Below, one piece after another: positions 12,051-23,842 of a stretch of DNA of 53,126 bases. Both the position numbers and the translations under genes were made by a program. This DNA comes from Perkinsus olseni (Eukaryota): positions 1 to 53,126 of the forward strand of contig JABANN010000205.1 of NCBI GenBank assembly GCA_013115125.1. Direction: 5' to 3'. Numbering within the stretch: position 1 is the stretch's first letter; every line of letters begins with the position of its first letter. Under the pieces are notes generated by a model. That model did not search any database and was not told the origin of the DNA. It saw only the letters and a list, made by a program, of their open reading frames with translations.

Positions 12051-12703
12051 CGAGATGATCCACCAATCCCTGCAGGTCTCGAGGTTTAGCAGAAAATATG
12101 AGCCGCATGTTCTCCTCTTACCCAGTTAAAGTTCGTACCATAAAAACGAGGGTTCCTGCGGCGCTGGATCCTAACCGCCCACGCATCCTGCGTCAATACC
12201 ACGATTGAACGACCCCCCGCCTTGAGCGAATATGATTGTGCGACGAATGACGTGAAAACCAACACCTCATCTCGCGAAACTGAGCACTAAAGCCGCTCAG
12301 AAAAAACGCGACAGAAGACAGCAGCATCGACGTCGAGCAACACCACTTATGATAGCTAGGGTAGAACTTGGAACAGCATCAAGTACCAGTCAAGGAATAG
12401 CCTGTTACAAAGAGACGCAACGGTAAGTCTCTCTACGTAGAACGACAGCAATCCCCGATTGACGTCAAACCAGTCGGTTCGGAGAATGGCACTTAACACA
12501 AAGCACGAAGCATTACCAGATAACAGATTAAAATTGAACACTGACGAAATAGCTCAAACCCAAATAACGGAACGACGCCCTTTTCCTACAGCCGAATCAA
12601 TCCAACCAATACGATGAAAAACGGTTGATCACTGAGAATCAAAACTTTCGATCGACTCTCCTAGCCGGCCTCAACAGCGTCGCTCCGCCAACTTGGACTC
12701 TAT

Positions 12704-13584
12704 TTACCATTCGGGAGCCCGAGTACAACTATCGCGAACAACAACGACACTGGCGCCACGTACAGACCTACAGGCAATAAGAAGTCATACACATGGGCAG
12801 AGAGTCAGCTGAAACTTTACCTAGCAAGCCATTGTCCCATTCTGCCAGTGTAGTCGCCACTGGGGCCAACTACGACGTAGTTTGACAACGAATCACGAAC
12901 ATACTGAACGAGCTCAACCTGAGAAAGATACATTTCGGTTGCATTGCAAGCTATCCCAACCGAATCCATGTATACCAAAACCCAGAAACAGACACAACAT
13001 CACTCTGCATTCGAACGATAATCCTTACAACGAATACGCCCATGCCCAACTCGAGAATCTATCCTACGTGTAACGTACCTTAACATTGTTGCTCGGAGGC
13101 CTCACGGTGTACTTGGTACTGACGCCCTTGTCCTGAGCTTCCTTGTCGACAGCGTCCTTGATAGATTTCATAATGCCTTCGCTAGCGTTTTCGGTGATGT
13201 TCTTGAGGGCCCTGAGAAAAGAAAGAGTGCACCTCACCAGAAGAGATGGTACGAACAACTCACTCGGGCGAGAAGAGTTGCTGTCCTTCGGCACTGATAG
13301 CTCCAGGATCGCTCATACTGGAGAGAAGTTGTTCGGGGAACGGCCGAGGGATGTGAACACACTCGACATTATCACCTGACAAGCGCCTTCACGAATGAGC
13401 ACCAATCGCGATTGAGCCTACCTGAATTGGCAAGGGACACAGCCTTCTTCGCGGCCTCAATACTGCCCTTCATATCAGTGGCACCGACAGCTACGAGGAA
13501 CTTCCGAGGGGCAACAGAAGCAGCGGCAGTAGCGAAAGATCGCATGGCAGTGAATGCCATGGGACGAAACATTGACATCGACAT
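12704..13584 (-). CDS. Universal stress protein (UspA-like) with a predicted mitochondrial presequence; 5 exons
   Basis: Spliced product: MSMSMFRPMAFTAMRSFATAAASVAP-RKFLVAVGATDMKGSIEAAKKAVSLANSGDNVECVHIPRP...VKVELVQYVRDSLSNYVVVGPSGDYTGRMGQWLARSVRGASVVVVRDSCTRAPEW*. This fits the USP pattern (ILVAVD, AxxxAxxLA, VHV, VVG, VxVVR). All junctions are GT-AG. Confidence 0.85.
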
Positions 13585-14509
13585 TATGAAGATAAGAATA
13601 AAATGAATCAACCTGAAGTGAAATTACAACTTTATATAAAACCAAATGACGAGTGCCATTAATCCGGCTACCGTTAAGTTACACTAGCGGTATCTCAAGC
13701 TGCATAGCTAGTGATGGTGCACGATAGGCTAAACTTCGCCGACACACAAGACAAGACAATAATGACATACATGCCAAAAAAAATGGGCGCGGAGCGAAGC
13801 TTCAAGAGGAACATCGCACGCCACAGATCAGCAAGTCACAGATTTGTGATTGCCCCCTTGATACCAGTGCCAGCTACAGGCAGACTTCAGGGGCGAAACG
13901 CAGGGCCCCTCATAGATGAGCCACACCATACGAAATTACCACCACGCCTTAGCTGTTGTCGCCGATCCCGCGAGAATCTCGTGGCGAGATCCGAGCCAAT
14001 GAGTAACGTTCCATCATAGAGTCCAGTTAATTCTTTGACGTTGGTACCGTTGAGGTCGATCATGACAATGTCCGGCTAGTATCTCGCTTCCTGGCAACCC
14101 TCAATCTCCGTTGGGCATGGGCCGATATTCTATTAAGTGAACCGGGTTTGTTTGTGGGTAGCCAGAATTCCCGAGCCCGAGGTACTCCCGAGTCCGCTCC
14201 GAGGATGGAGATCTCGATATGGAGTGATAGTACGGTGTATCGTTGAGCGCTGTGGCTTCTCTGATCACCAGGGTCCTCCCAAGGTTTTTGATGGTGTTTC
14301 ATGAGAGTTACAGAGCTTGGATGAGAGATCCTTCTCCGTGGGGGGTTGTGGGTGGAGAGTTCGGGTGGCAAGGCCTTGCCCTCAGCAAGATCGCGGATAT
14401 ACTATGCACCTCACACGCATGATGCATCGCCCCATTCATCTCGATCAGCCCTCCATCTTGAATGACCGTGACGCTGTGATGATTTCCTACCTGCTCTTAG
14501 TGCTGGCTC

Positions 14510-15346
14510 TAGATGGCTCTGGACTGCGATGAAGGCCTTGCTGACTGTAAGGCCACGCTACCGATTGACCGTGATCGCGAGTGGTACGACGAAATAGGGG
14601 GCAATCTGTAGTGGTGCCTTTCTAGGCGGAGGGGCCTGTGGAAGATAAGCTCGACTTTCTGGAAGCTCAAGTGTCTCAGCTGACCGAGCGAGTGTCCGAG
14701 CTGGTCAACATAATTTCTAATCATACACTACGGTGCCGAGTGACAACGGTCTATCGTCGAAGTTGAGTTCCCTGAGGCGGAATGTAGGAGTCCTAACATC
14801 CCCTTTTGTCTACTCTGCCGCAGGTGACAACTAGCAATTCGACCTGCGGCGTCAGGTGTTCAAACAGCGTATTACAGCTCTTCAGACTCAATAATGCGAA
14901 TGCGATTAAGCGGTTGGGCTTCAATCCACTGACGAGATCGATCTATTTCTGGTATTATCGAATATCAGCCTCTAGCACGGTTTTCGTGCTCGTCTACGTT
15001 TTCTCACGCATCGACCGTTCGTGTCAAAATGAAAGAGAATGGTGTAACGGGAATCAAGTACACTGACTTCGTCGCTAGGTTGAAGGGAGATGCCGAAGGG
15101 CCGGCTAAGAATATTAGAAGAGTATTCTCTGAAGTGCTTCCCTTCGTTCATCTGATGGGCAAAATTAAACATCAGTTTGAATCCGGAATGACGATCTCTG
15201 CATGTTTGGCGCTGATTGAAAAAATAGAATCTGATCCTTACGACGGATACGTCAAGGGAAGGGAGTGGATCGGGAGATTCATTGAGGACAAGATGTGCGG
15301 AGCGTTGACGCTAGCTCGCAAACATGGGACACTTGAGAGCTGGTGA
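14510..15346 (+). pseudogene. Hypothetical gene or gene fragment, probably degraded at the 5' end
   Basis: The 3' ORF (15029-15346) looks protein-like, and an upstream coiled-coil-like piece reads VEDKLDFLEAQVSQLTERVSELVNII. I could not build a continuous spliced frame. Confidence 0.3.
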
Positions 15347-15689
15347 ACAATTCTATGATGTTCGTTATGATGTTCATGATCATCGAGGATCTTATTGTGT
15401 TAAAGCTGACCACGTGGCTGCTGTGTCACAGCGTGATAGTGTGATGGTTGAGTTGCTGTAGAGCAGCGTATAGGTTAGAAAATTCCACCATGACCATCAC
15501 AGGTCCCTCCCACTAGGGTCTCTGCCTACATTGAGAGACCTGTGGTGAGAGGTCCAGTGGTCTCTGTCTCATCGGGTGAACTTGGTGATATCACCCGTGG
15601 GTCATTTACCAGGCGAATTACTGATCTGGAGACCCATGGATCAACCCTCCCCACTTGCGACTCAAGTGCATCATAAGAACAACAGCAGA

Positions 15690-18288
15690 TCAATGGCATG
15701 CCGACTTGGCAAACTGATCGAAGAAGGTCTCCTTGATTGATGAGGAGTACTGAGGGTGTAAATGGTCAGCGGAGGGGCCCACTGAGCAACTGTCGACTTA
15801 CAACTTTTTCTGTGCGAATCCTCTCCTTATTCTGGGCCTCGGCAAGCCTCCTGTTTTCTTCCACGAGCGCTTGGGCAGCTCTCCGACGTTGTAATTCTTG
15901 CTCATCATGAACCTGCACGCTGCACCGCTCACGTTCGGCGGATTCACCGCGTCGACAGGGTGCTCCAAGACGATCTTCCCTCACCATTCGGACGAATCGG
16001 TTGACTCAAGTAGTATCATTTTTAACAAACGTGGAAAGCTGATATCGCGACTCACTTTGACGGCCTCGAGGCGCTGAGCTTCGGTCTCTGCTGCATCCCG
16101 CGCTCTCCTATCGTTTTCATCAGCAATCCTCTCTCTCTTCTCGTCAACCTGGAGAGAAAATTGGCAATCGAACTCAGACAGCGACCGGAGGCGATTATCA
16201 GAGTTGAACGGACATTGACAGGCCGTGACGGCGCCAGGAGTACTCCAATAGCCCGAGAGAAAAAGCTCGAAAACGTTGGTTTACCTGTCGAGCCTGCCAG
16301 TCCATGATCATCTGCTTCTCGTCGAGGGGAATGCCTTTGAAGTCAGAACTTGTTCCAATGCCCTCATTAAGCAATCCGCTGCGCCCGACCGATACAATCG
16401 CCTCTCGATCGGTCAATAGATACCTTTGATAGAGATGGAAATCGACGTCTCGCTTCGCCCTTGTCTCCGCATCTTCCCGTTCTCTTCTTTCCTTCTCCTT
16501 CCGTTTCTGTTGCATCTCGCTGAGGCATCATCTCGTATCCCGAGAGAGAGGAGTAGAGCATAATTCTACCAGTTGAATTCGTCAAGAGCTCGCCGCCCGG
16601 CCCTTATTGAATCTTCCTCTCTATTCTCCAGCTCAATCCTAGTCTTGACGTCCAAATCCGAAAGCTCAGCAAACGCTCGCTCAAGCGCAGCTTCCCCTAC
16701 AAGTGAGAATTCATCTAGAGGCAGTTGCTGGTTGTGTTACGTTGGAGCAGCACTTCTTTCTCCAGTTCTTGTTCCTTCAACCCTCGCTGAAATGAGAGGG
16801 AGCCTTTCGATTTGTAGTTCAGAAAAGTATAAACTGGGAGCCGGAGGTTACTCAATTAAACCGCGAGAGTCCGTCTGGCGCGTTGAACTCAGGGGCATGA
16901 ACTACCATAGGGTTATTCGGGAGTATTCACAAGAAATTGAAGTGGGAGTAGGCGAGAAAATGCCAGCGTCTATCCCCTCGAAGGAGTCCAGATGACCCTT
17001 GAGACAGATTTCTTGATGACTCCTCAAAAAAGGCGCTATGGTATCAGATACTCCCACGTTGTTAGATGATGAGCTTACTGCGTTAACGTTTCGCGCGCAT
17101 CCACACAAGATTCCCATATAAGAGGTTTTCGAAGTGACAGTCCGCGACTGACAGGGTATACGAACATGACGAGGCTCGTGAGAAAGCTAGGGGATAACGT
17201 ATTGCAGTGCCCGTTCATCCTTGGGATTCTAACGCAGGCTGCCCATGCTCCTCACCACGATTTCGCTCTGCGTCGCCTTTTTGTCTTCAACGAATTCCCC
17301 TGCGAATACCTGAGATACTCGTGTATCCCAGCAGGCCAGCGGACCCCATACATTCACCTGTGCAGCACTCGGTCCAAGATGCTCCATATCGATCGACAAG
17401 TCTCTAACGACCATCCTAGAGAACCAGTGCGAGTGTAAACTTACCTCTTGGGGTCGCTCAGGTAATACTCTCGTCGAGCCGTCTTGCTGAGGTTTTCGAG
17501 CGAGTGATAGCGCGCTAATTTCTCTCGTTCGCGCGTGGCCTCCCGGTGTTCCCTCTCAATCCTGTATGATGGGAGAAAAGTCGTGCAGAAGAGTGAATCG
17601 ATTGCGAGGAAGCCCACTGCTGCGATATCCTGTCTAATTCCTCCAAGACGGCTCTGTCTTCTCTGGCAGCATGGATTTGCGATTGGCGAAATTCCTCTTT
17701 CTCAGCAATCTGCTTCTGCCACTTAGTGACCTGAGAGTGGTCTTCTTAATGCTATAGACGTGCAATTCCCACTAATTGGAGGCCCAGTTGAAATGAATCA
17801 GTTCCTGTATGTATACGGCAAGGGCCCCACGACACCGTCATCCGACGAATCAGTCTTCCTCTCTCGACGGCAATTCCCCGGTACGGCATCGCTCATCCGG
17901 AACATCCCAGGGTAGCTCACGACCTTAGCAGCTGTTACCCGAACAAGCAGCCGGACTGTGGGGAACAGCTCAATAATCCTCCTAACACTGAGCCTTGCGA
18001 CGATCGGTCTCGAATTGTGCAATATGCCGCAGAGACGAGAAACTTTTGCTTTTGACCTCAAGCGAGAGGCTAAGAGAGTGCTTACACTGGCGCCAATTTG
18101 CCTCGTTCGCGGATCAAGGAGCCTATCGGATATCTCAGCCCGCTTGTCGCGTTTACGTTGGAGTTTCTTCGCCAGCTCAACCTGATCGGAAGCGTCTTCA
18201 CGAGCCTAGTTCAACAATTCAAGATTAAGATAACCTGGCCGGACTCCGCAATCTCTCGAAGATCCTCATCTAAGCTGGCAGTAGGCAT
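15690..18288 (-). CDS. RIB43A: RIB43A-like axonemal microtubule inner protein (multi-exon)
   Basis: Spliced motifs appear in family order: RLLDPRTRQIGAS|VTKWQKQIAEKEE, RREYYLSDPK, LGPSAAQ|VFAGE, DFKGIPLDEKQMIMDWQARQ and C-terminal YSSSIKETFFDQFAKSACH*. Confidence 0.85.
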
Positions 18289-18361
18289 TTTGAAAGAGAC
18301 TTGCTCCGCGTGAGCAACTGCGAATAGAGACCATCGTGCGAAAATGCACCGCTGTAGCACA

Positions 18362-18443
18362 GACATCGTGTCCGAGTGGTCAAGGAGTTGGACTTGAAAT
18401 CCAATGGGCTCGGCTCGCGCAGGTTCGAATCCTGCCGATGTCG
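18362..18443 (+). tRNA. tRNA-Ser(UGA)
   Basis: Acceptor stem GACATCG/CGATGTC, D-arm with TGGTC, anticodon stem TTGGA/TCCAA with loop CTTGAAA, long variable arm, T-arm GCAGG-TTCGAAT-CCTGC, discriminator G. Confidence 0.97.
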
Positions 18444-19699
18444 AGTATGGCTGCATTGACTACATTGCCATTTGGAGGTTCTCCATAGCTTTTGCCCCGG
18501 TTACGAACAAAACACAATGACGCTCATCACTCCCGCATCTCGCGTCTTATATGCGATACTTTAAGCTATACAGATTGCTACGGGAATGGAGCCAGAGAGT
18601 CGCCTCACATTTCGGGCGGTCAACTCCGACATTACAGCACATATGATGATAGGCAAGAACAGCGGTGACAAATAATAGTGCGGACAAAGCTACCAGAGAG
18701 TCGCCTAACATTTCAAGGCGGTCTCAATGGAAGACTTGAATACGCGGTACACCACGCGAACTAGAGTCAGATAAATTCGTAACACTCCTTACTACAGTAC
18801 CTGAGTATCCAAAACGAAACCTTCGCCGACTGCAGCTAGTGAGCTCTACTCGTTCTAATAGGAAGTGCCATTCTATACATAGCATTCCACAAAATAATTT
18901 CATGAACACCGGACTCAGGCACCCGAACAAGCGTTGCTAGAGTCAAGACGATCCGAGGATCCGCGAACTTCGAGAATCGATTACTCACTCGAAGTCTAGA
19001 CGTTTCGTGGGCACTTTCAACTTCGGCTTTAGAGGTGATAACGATCGTTGACAGACTCGGCATTTGCACGCTGCGTAGGCGAAGATGCCCAAGAGAGATT
19101 CTCTCGGGAGGGCCTGATCAAAATTACGTACAAAAACGCATCCGCAGGATAATCGAACAAGTACACGGCCCGTACCAGACAATGGAGGGAATGGCGCACC
19201 ATTTCCACAAACTAGAAGATCCCGTATCCGACGGCCATCAACGACGGCCAAGGATGGGCGAAAGAGTCACTCGAGAGCGGAATCGTATGCAAATGACCAT
19301 CCCACATGAGCAAGGGTCGATGACCAAGAATCTTCCGCTTCGCTCCGCTCGAACCCGTTACATGAATGGCGCACCTTGTAATCTGGGAACGGGAACAGAT
19401 CTGTCATGAAGATTGAGTAAACTAGTTACGATTGGCAATGAACCTCGTTCCTCGCAGACATGCCCGAATTGAAAGAGCCCAAGACGTTGTAAGGTTGTCA
19501 AGATCCACTATACTGATAGCAGAAGAAAGCCAGAACCCGAAATCAAATGTGACAGAGCAAGCACCGCACAGAAATGAGCTGCATATCAACGTAAGCAGGG
19601 TGCGGTTGAGCTCGTATGCACACCAGGCCCTAGACCGCTCATAGCGCCTCATGAAGCGACGGGATGGCACCACATGCGCATGCGTGCAGAAGACACCAT

Positions 19700-21134
19700 C
19701 TACTGTTGTTGCTGTTGCTGCTGGTGAGCCATCGCCATACGATGTGCTGCCCTCGCTCGGGAGCCACGTAGCTTGATAGCTTGAGGCGTTACATCAGGCT
19801 GAGGGAATGGTAGAACCTCACCCATCTCATCCGGCTTGCGTGGGTCACACCCCAGTATGATCGGTCGATATCTGACAAACAGTCGAGCCCTCATGGGAAG
19901 ATTGCAAACAGCCCAGTTGGACGGGCAGGCTCACTCTTGTGCTGGGAGAGCGCATACCGGAGAGTTCTTGTAATGTTCGACATTGGCGTAAAGGCCTTGG
20001 ACTCTAGCCACTGATACATCGCAGACCTGCGAAGCAAGCGAGAGCGTTGTGGCGCCATTCTCCGCCGATTCCGTTCCTTCCCAGCGAGAAAGCCACGGCC
20101 CCGTCTAACACATGCGTTTCGAAGATCGGACACCTCCAATCAGGTGAGCCGGAGGACGCTGGGCAGCTGCATGAACAACAGGCTCACCTTAGTTGAGTTA
20201 AATCCAGGTAAATGAAGACCTTGGAATTTTTCTCGGAACTGATGTGCGACGTCCTCATCGAGAAAGTTTATGAACGCGTATCTGAAGAGCAACGTGCACG
20301 TCTTGTCATGGGAAAGATAGTGCGTTCCATCCAAGGAGACGGCATTATCGTTTCTCTGCTGACCTCACCCAATGTTGCAGCGATTCTTAAAATCGATAGG
20401 AAGGTACAAAAAGTCATACTTGTGCATGAAGCACTCGTCCAGAACACCACGCAGCATTGGCTGACATACACAACAGCGTGACGCGCCACGAAAATGTACA
20501 ACAGGATTCTTACCTGGGTGTACTTATTCGGGATATTTCTAAGCATTAAAGTGGTTATTGGGCCATCCGGATGCGGCGACGGTTCTCTTTCCTGAAGTCG
20601 AAGACACAGTGAACTCGGACCTACATTACTAAGATATCACGTGAAGCCCCCCCCCCTACCTTCGCCGATGCTGCTCTCGGTTGATCTCCATGATCGGCAT
20701 CTACAAAATTTAGAACGACAGTCACGAGTAGTTACGAGCACTCAGCCACCACTGAGATCCGAGCTCAAACCATCGGCCGCCGCAGCATGAACGGCTAACC
20801 GATGCCGTATAACTCTCTCACCTTCGCTAGTCTTTTCGTCCTTGCTCTTTTTCCGGGATCGCTTCTTTTTCCGTCTTCGGGTCTTCTCTGGGAGTTCGAT
20901 CCCTTCAAAGGGTATGCTGATGCTGAGGAAAGACATGCAGTCCCGGAGACGTTGCGGCGACAGAATGGTTTGACAGAATGCACGTCCCTAACCCGATGAA
21001 GCTGCTTATAGTGACGTGCGAGGAGAGACCGGGCAGTCTAGTAATAGTTCAGGTTCAGGCGCTACACTCTCCTGTTCTTCAATGGAACCATCAGTTACAT
21101 CAAGTACCGCGCCTCCCACGAAGCCTGACGGCAT
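19700..21134 (-). CDS. Mei2-like RNA-binding protein (C-terminal Mei2-type RRM); 5' end uncertain
   Basis: TTLMLRNIPNKYTQ..YDFLYLPIDFKNRCNIG|YAFINF..FQGLHLPGFNSTK|VCDVSVARVQG..YRPII is the diagnostic Mei2 RRM3 pattern. It has a basic stretch RRRKKKRSRKK and a polyQ C-terminus. Confidence 0.9.
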
Positions 21135-21355
21135 TTTCACGGCCGTTGTGAGAAACGGTGCAAAGCTGCACGAAAACTCCGAGAACTATTCACTGAATCC
21201 TGGAGTAGAACGATAAGGTAGCTTAACAGCCTGTTAAGCCTGTGGACAACAGGGACGTTGGTCGCGTCCCTCGCAAAACTAATCGCTGATGAGTCATCAG
21301 ACTAAAGTCAATTACACCGACCCGGTGTCATGATACCGGGCACGAACGTTCACAA

Positions 21356-22555
21356 TTAATTCTTCGGGATACTTTCCCAGAATTCATTTCTCGGACACCT
21401 TCAGAAGGTTGTTAACACACGGGACACGCCCGACACAGCCCATACATTGCAGACAGAGCGATACGAATCTCACCGCGATTCTTACGTTCGCCGCCGCGAG
21501 TCTTCTTCCACACCGCCGTCACCCATCACTTCGACGAAAACCTGCGGATCTCCCAGTGGACTTGAGTGGACTGTCGCTACGTCAGTATGAGCATCCTGCG
21601 TTACCTATATGGAATCTTTCATTCCAAACGTGCATGCATCAAGTTTGAATACTCACTTCTTCGATACATCTATCTAAGATACTACCAGCACCGATCACAC
21701 CGGGACCAGCTCCGTTTAGATAACCACATACCAGGCAGCGCCACATACCGCCCTCGCGGAATTCCGAGCCATCATTCGGAGTGCCACAGTTGCCACAGCA
21801 CTCGAACTCCGGCTCAGCAAGCGGGGGTGTGGCGGATGGGTGAAAACACCGGTTTAACATACTGTTCACACTATACTCGCTGCCGCGATGAAGTTGGGCA
21901 GCCGACTTGCTCTGCGTCAGTGAAAGACGGGAAAATGACAAAGCCCTGGTGAATCCGTCGGAGTCTGGTGACAACTGAGACCAAAGAAATCAGTGATGCC
22001 AATTCGCCCGACAAATGTCCGACTTCCACAATAGCCCAACTGGAACGCGGAAGAGCTGTCCCCGAACGAACCCGTGTTCTACCCCCAAGAGCTCCTTCTT
22101 AATATTCCGCAGCTTGTCCTTCAACGGTACCATCTGTGCAAAGCTGCCTCCTCGCTGAATGGGTACCGTCACTCCTCTCCGCTCCGATAGGGCAGCGTCT
22201 ACATCATCATAACTCCTAACCTGCCACAGGAGTAGTCCCGTGACGCGTGATCGTACAAGCCTTCTAGCCACTAGCCTAGACTGGATAGCGCGTTACCAGC
22301 AGTGTGAAGACTCCACCACAACCTTTCCCTACTAGGCGGAACGCCACTGAGGTTGAGGCTCCTTGTTCACTGCATTATTTTCCCAGATTAGGATTAGTCC
22401 TTATGTCGATCAATGAAGACCTCACCGCTCTCGCCACTATCGAATAATACTACCTTAGTAAAGTCAGGCTGGCTACAGTGGAAGTGCAGGAAAGTGTTTC
22501 GGAGACTGACGTTCCTCTGCATCCCTGAGCTCTGAGAAGTCCCTGCCTCGACCAT
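21356..22555 (-). CDS. Hypothetical protein with a Cys4 zinc finger and an N-terminal RNTFLHF motif (separate gene or 5' part of the Mei2-like gene)
   Basis: Exons read MVEAGTSQSSGMQRNVSLRNTFLHF, VRSYDDVDAALSERRG and CCGNCGTPNDGSEFREGGMWRCLVCGYLN, flanked by GT/AG sites. The full splicing pattern is unresolved. Confidence 0.5.
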
Positions 22556-22754
22556 CAACACCAAAAAAGAAAAACTGAGCCAACATCTGTACTGTACTGT
22601 ATCTTACGGTTTGTCGGCTGCGGTTTGTCGTACCAGCGTCAGCGCAGAATAATTGCGCACGCCCACGCGATCGATTGTCTCGTGCACTTTTCCGTCGTTG
22701 CGAGCTTGATTTACGGCCGACCTCATTCGACTCTTGCCAGGTTTAGTTAGTGGC

Positions 22755-23577
22755 ATGTCTGCTGGCGACTCAGGGGTGGAGCCGCTGAATGAAGCCAACC
22801 TGAGTGCTTTGTGGAAGTTCTACGACAAGGACAAGAACGGCGTCATAACCCGAGCTGAACTTGAAAATGTGAGGGCGTCGTGAGGGTTTGAATTTCTTCG
22901 GATTGATACCGTGACTGGCAAGTGACCGCGCCGCTGGAATCTAGCGGCTAGATCGCCTCAAATGGTAACGGATGAGTGACTCAGCTTGGGCCTTTCGTGT
23001 CCATTCCAAAAATCAAGTGGGTTAAAATCTGATTTTGTGTACCACCAGAAGGGTTCCCAGAGAGCCCAACAGCAGTTGTGCTCTTGGTGGTCTATCTGGG
23101 TTCGTTTAATTCCTCATTTGGTTCTCCAGATAAGGTCAGAACATGGCACACGTTTTGTTCGTACCAACAGTGTACTCTCCAAACGCACCTGCTTTGTCGA
23201 AGCATTCTGGGTGATGATACAGTTCTCCCCAGTATAACCGGGGATCCCAGGAGCGCTCCTTTCCCGTTGTATCATCGCATGCTCTCCCGAAGGAGCTACG
23301 TAAGATCAGCGCCATGCTCAGAGAGCCGTCGCAGTCGGCTTGCGATATACCAGTATAAGCTCCCATCGGCCGGCGTGGCGCTTTTCTCACGTTGGAGCCT
23401 AGAGGAATCTCACGCCGATGGCTGCTCCCTATTCAGTTACTAGATAACATCCGGAAGAAGGATAAGATAAAAGAGCCTCTTTCTAGCAGTTTTGTGGATG
23501 AAGTCGAGCAGCTTCTCGATCGAAATCGGGGTGGCCACATAGCGTTCGTAGAATTCCAGTCCGAATTTAACAGGTAG
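22755..23577 (+). CDS. Small two-EF-hand calcium-binding protein (exons 22755-22868 and 23437-23577)
   Basis: LWKFYDKDKNGVITRAELEN|LLDNIR...LLDRNRGGHIAFVEFQSEF. EF loop 1 is canonical and loop 2 is weaker. The 3' end may include one more exon. Confidence 0.75.
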
Positions 23578-23842
23578 CCACCACAGGCGAGTTCGTGTAT
23601 GAAAATCAACCCGCATACACGCCCAGCACTGAGAATAGCGAGGGATTTACCAAACGCGCGCCTGCTGTGTAGTACACTCGGTTAGAGTAGAATCGGGACA
23701 CTTTGCGTACCGAGCCTGCTATAACGCGATTGGTCATCTTCTTTCGTATTGGTTCGGGTTTCAATAAAGGGAAAGGGTTGCTTTTCCCTTCTGTTTAAAT
23801 AGGGCTCGTATTCTGACCAGGTTTTGGGTCTATCGCTTCCAA

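Noticed and set aside
16573-16995. 140-aa plus-strand ORF and similar Ser-rich ORFs (e.g. 29364-29564, 50770-51282)
   Set aside because: These are antisense shadows of genuine exons on the opposite strand.
18362-18443. Possible selenocysteine or suppressor tRNA because of 'TGA' in the anticodon loop
   Set aside because: Anticodon UGA reads the Ser codon UCA. tRNA-Sec needs anticodon UCA and a longer acceptor stem.
19035-19644. Plus-strand ORFs between the tRNA and the Mei2-like gene
   Set aside because: They show no motif, splice pattern or compositional support, and may be 3' UTR or intergenic sequence.
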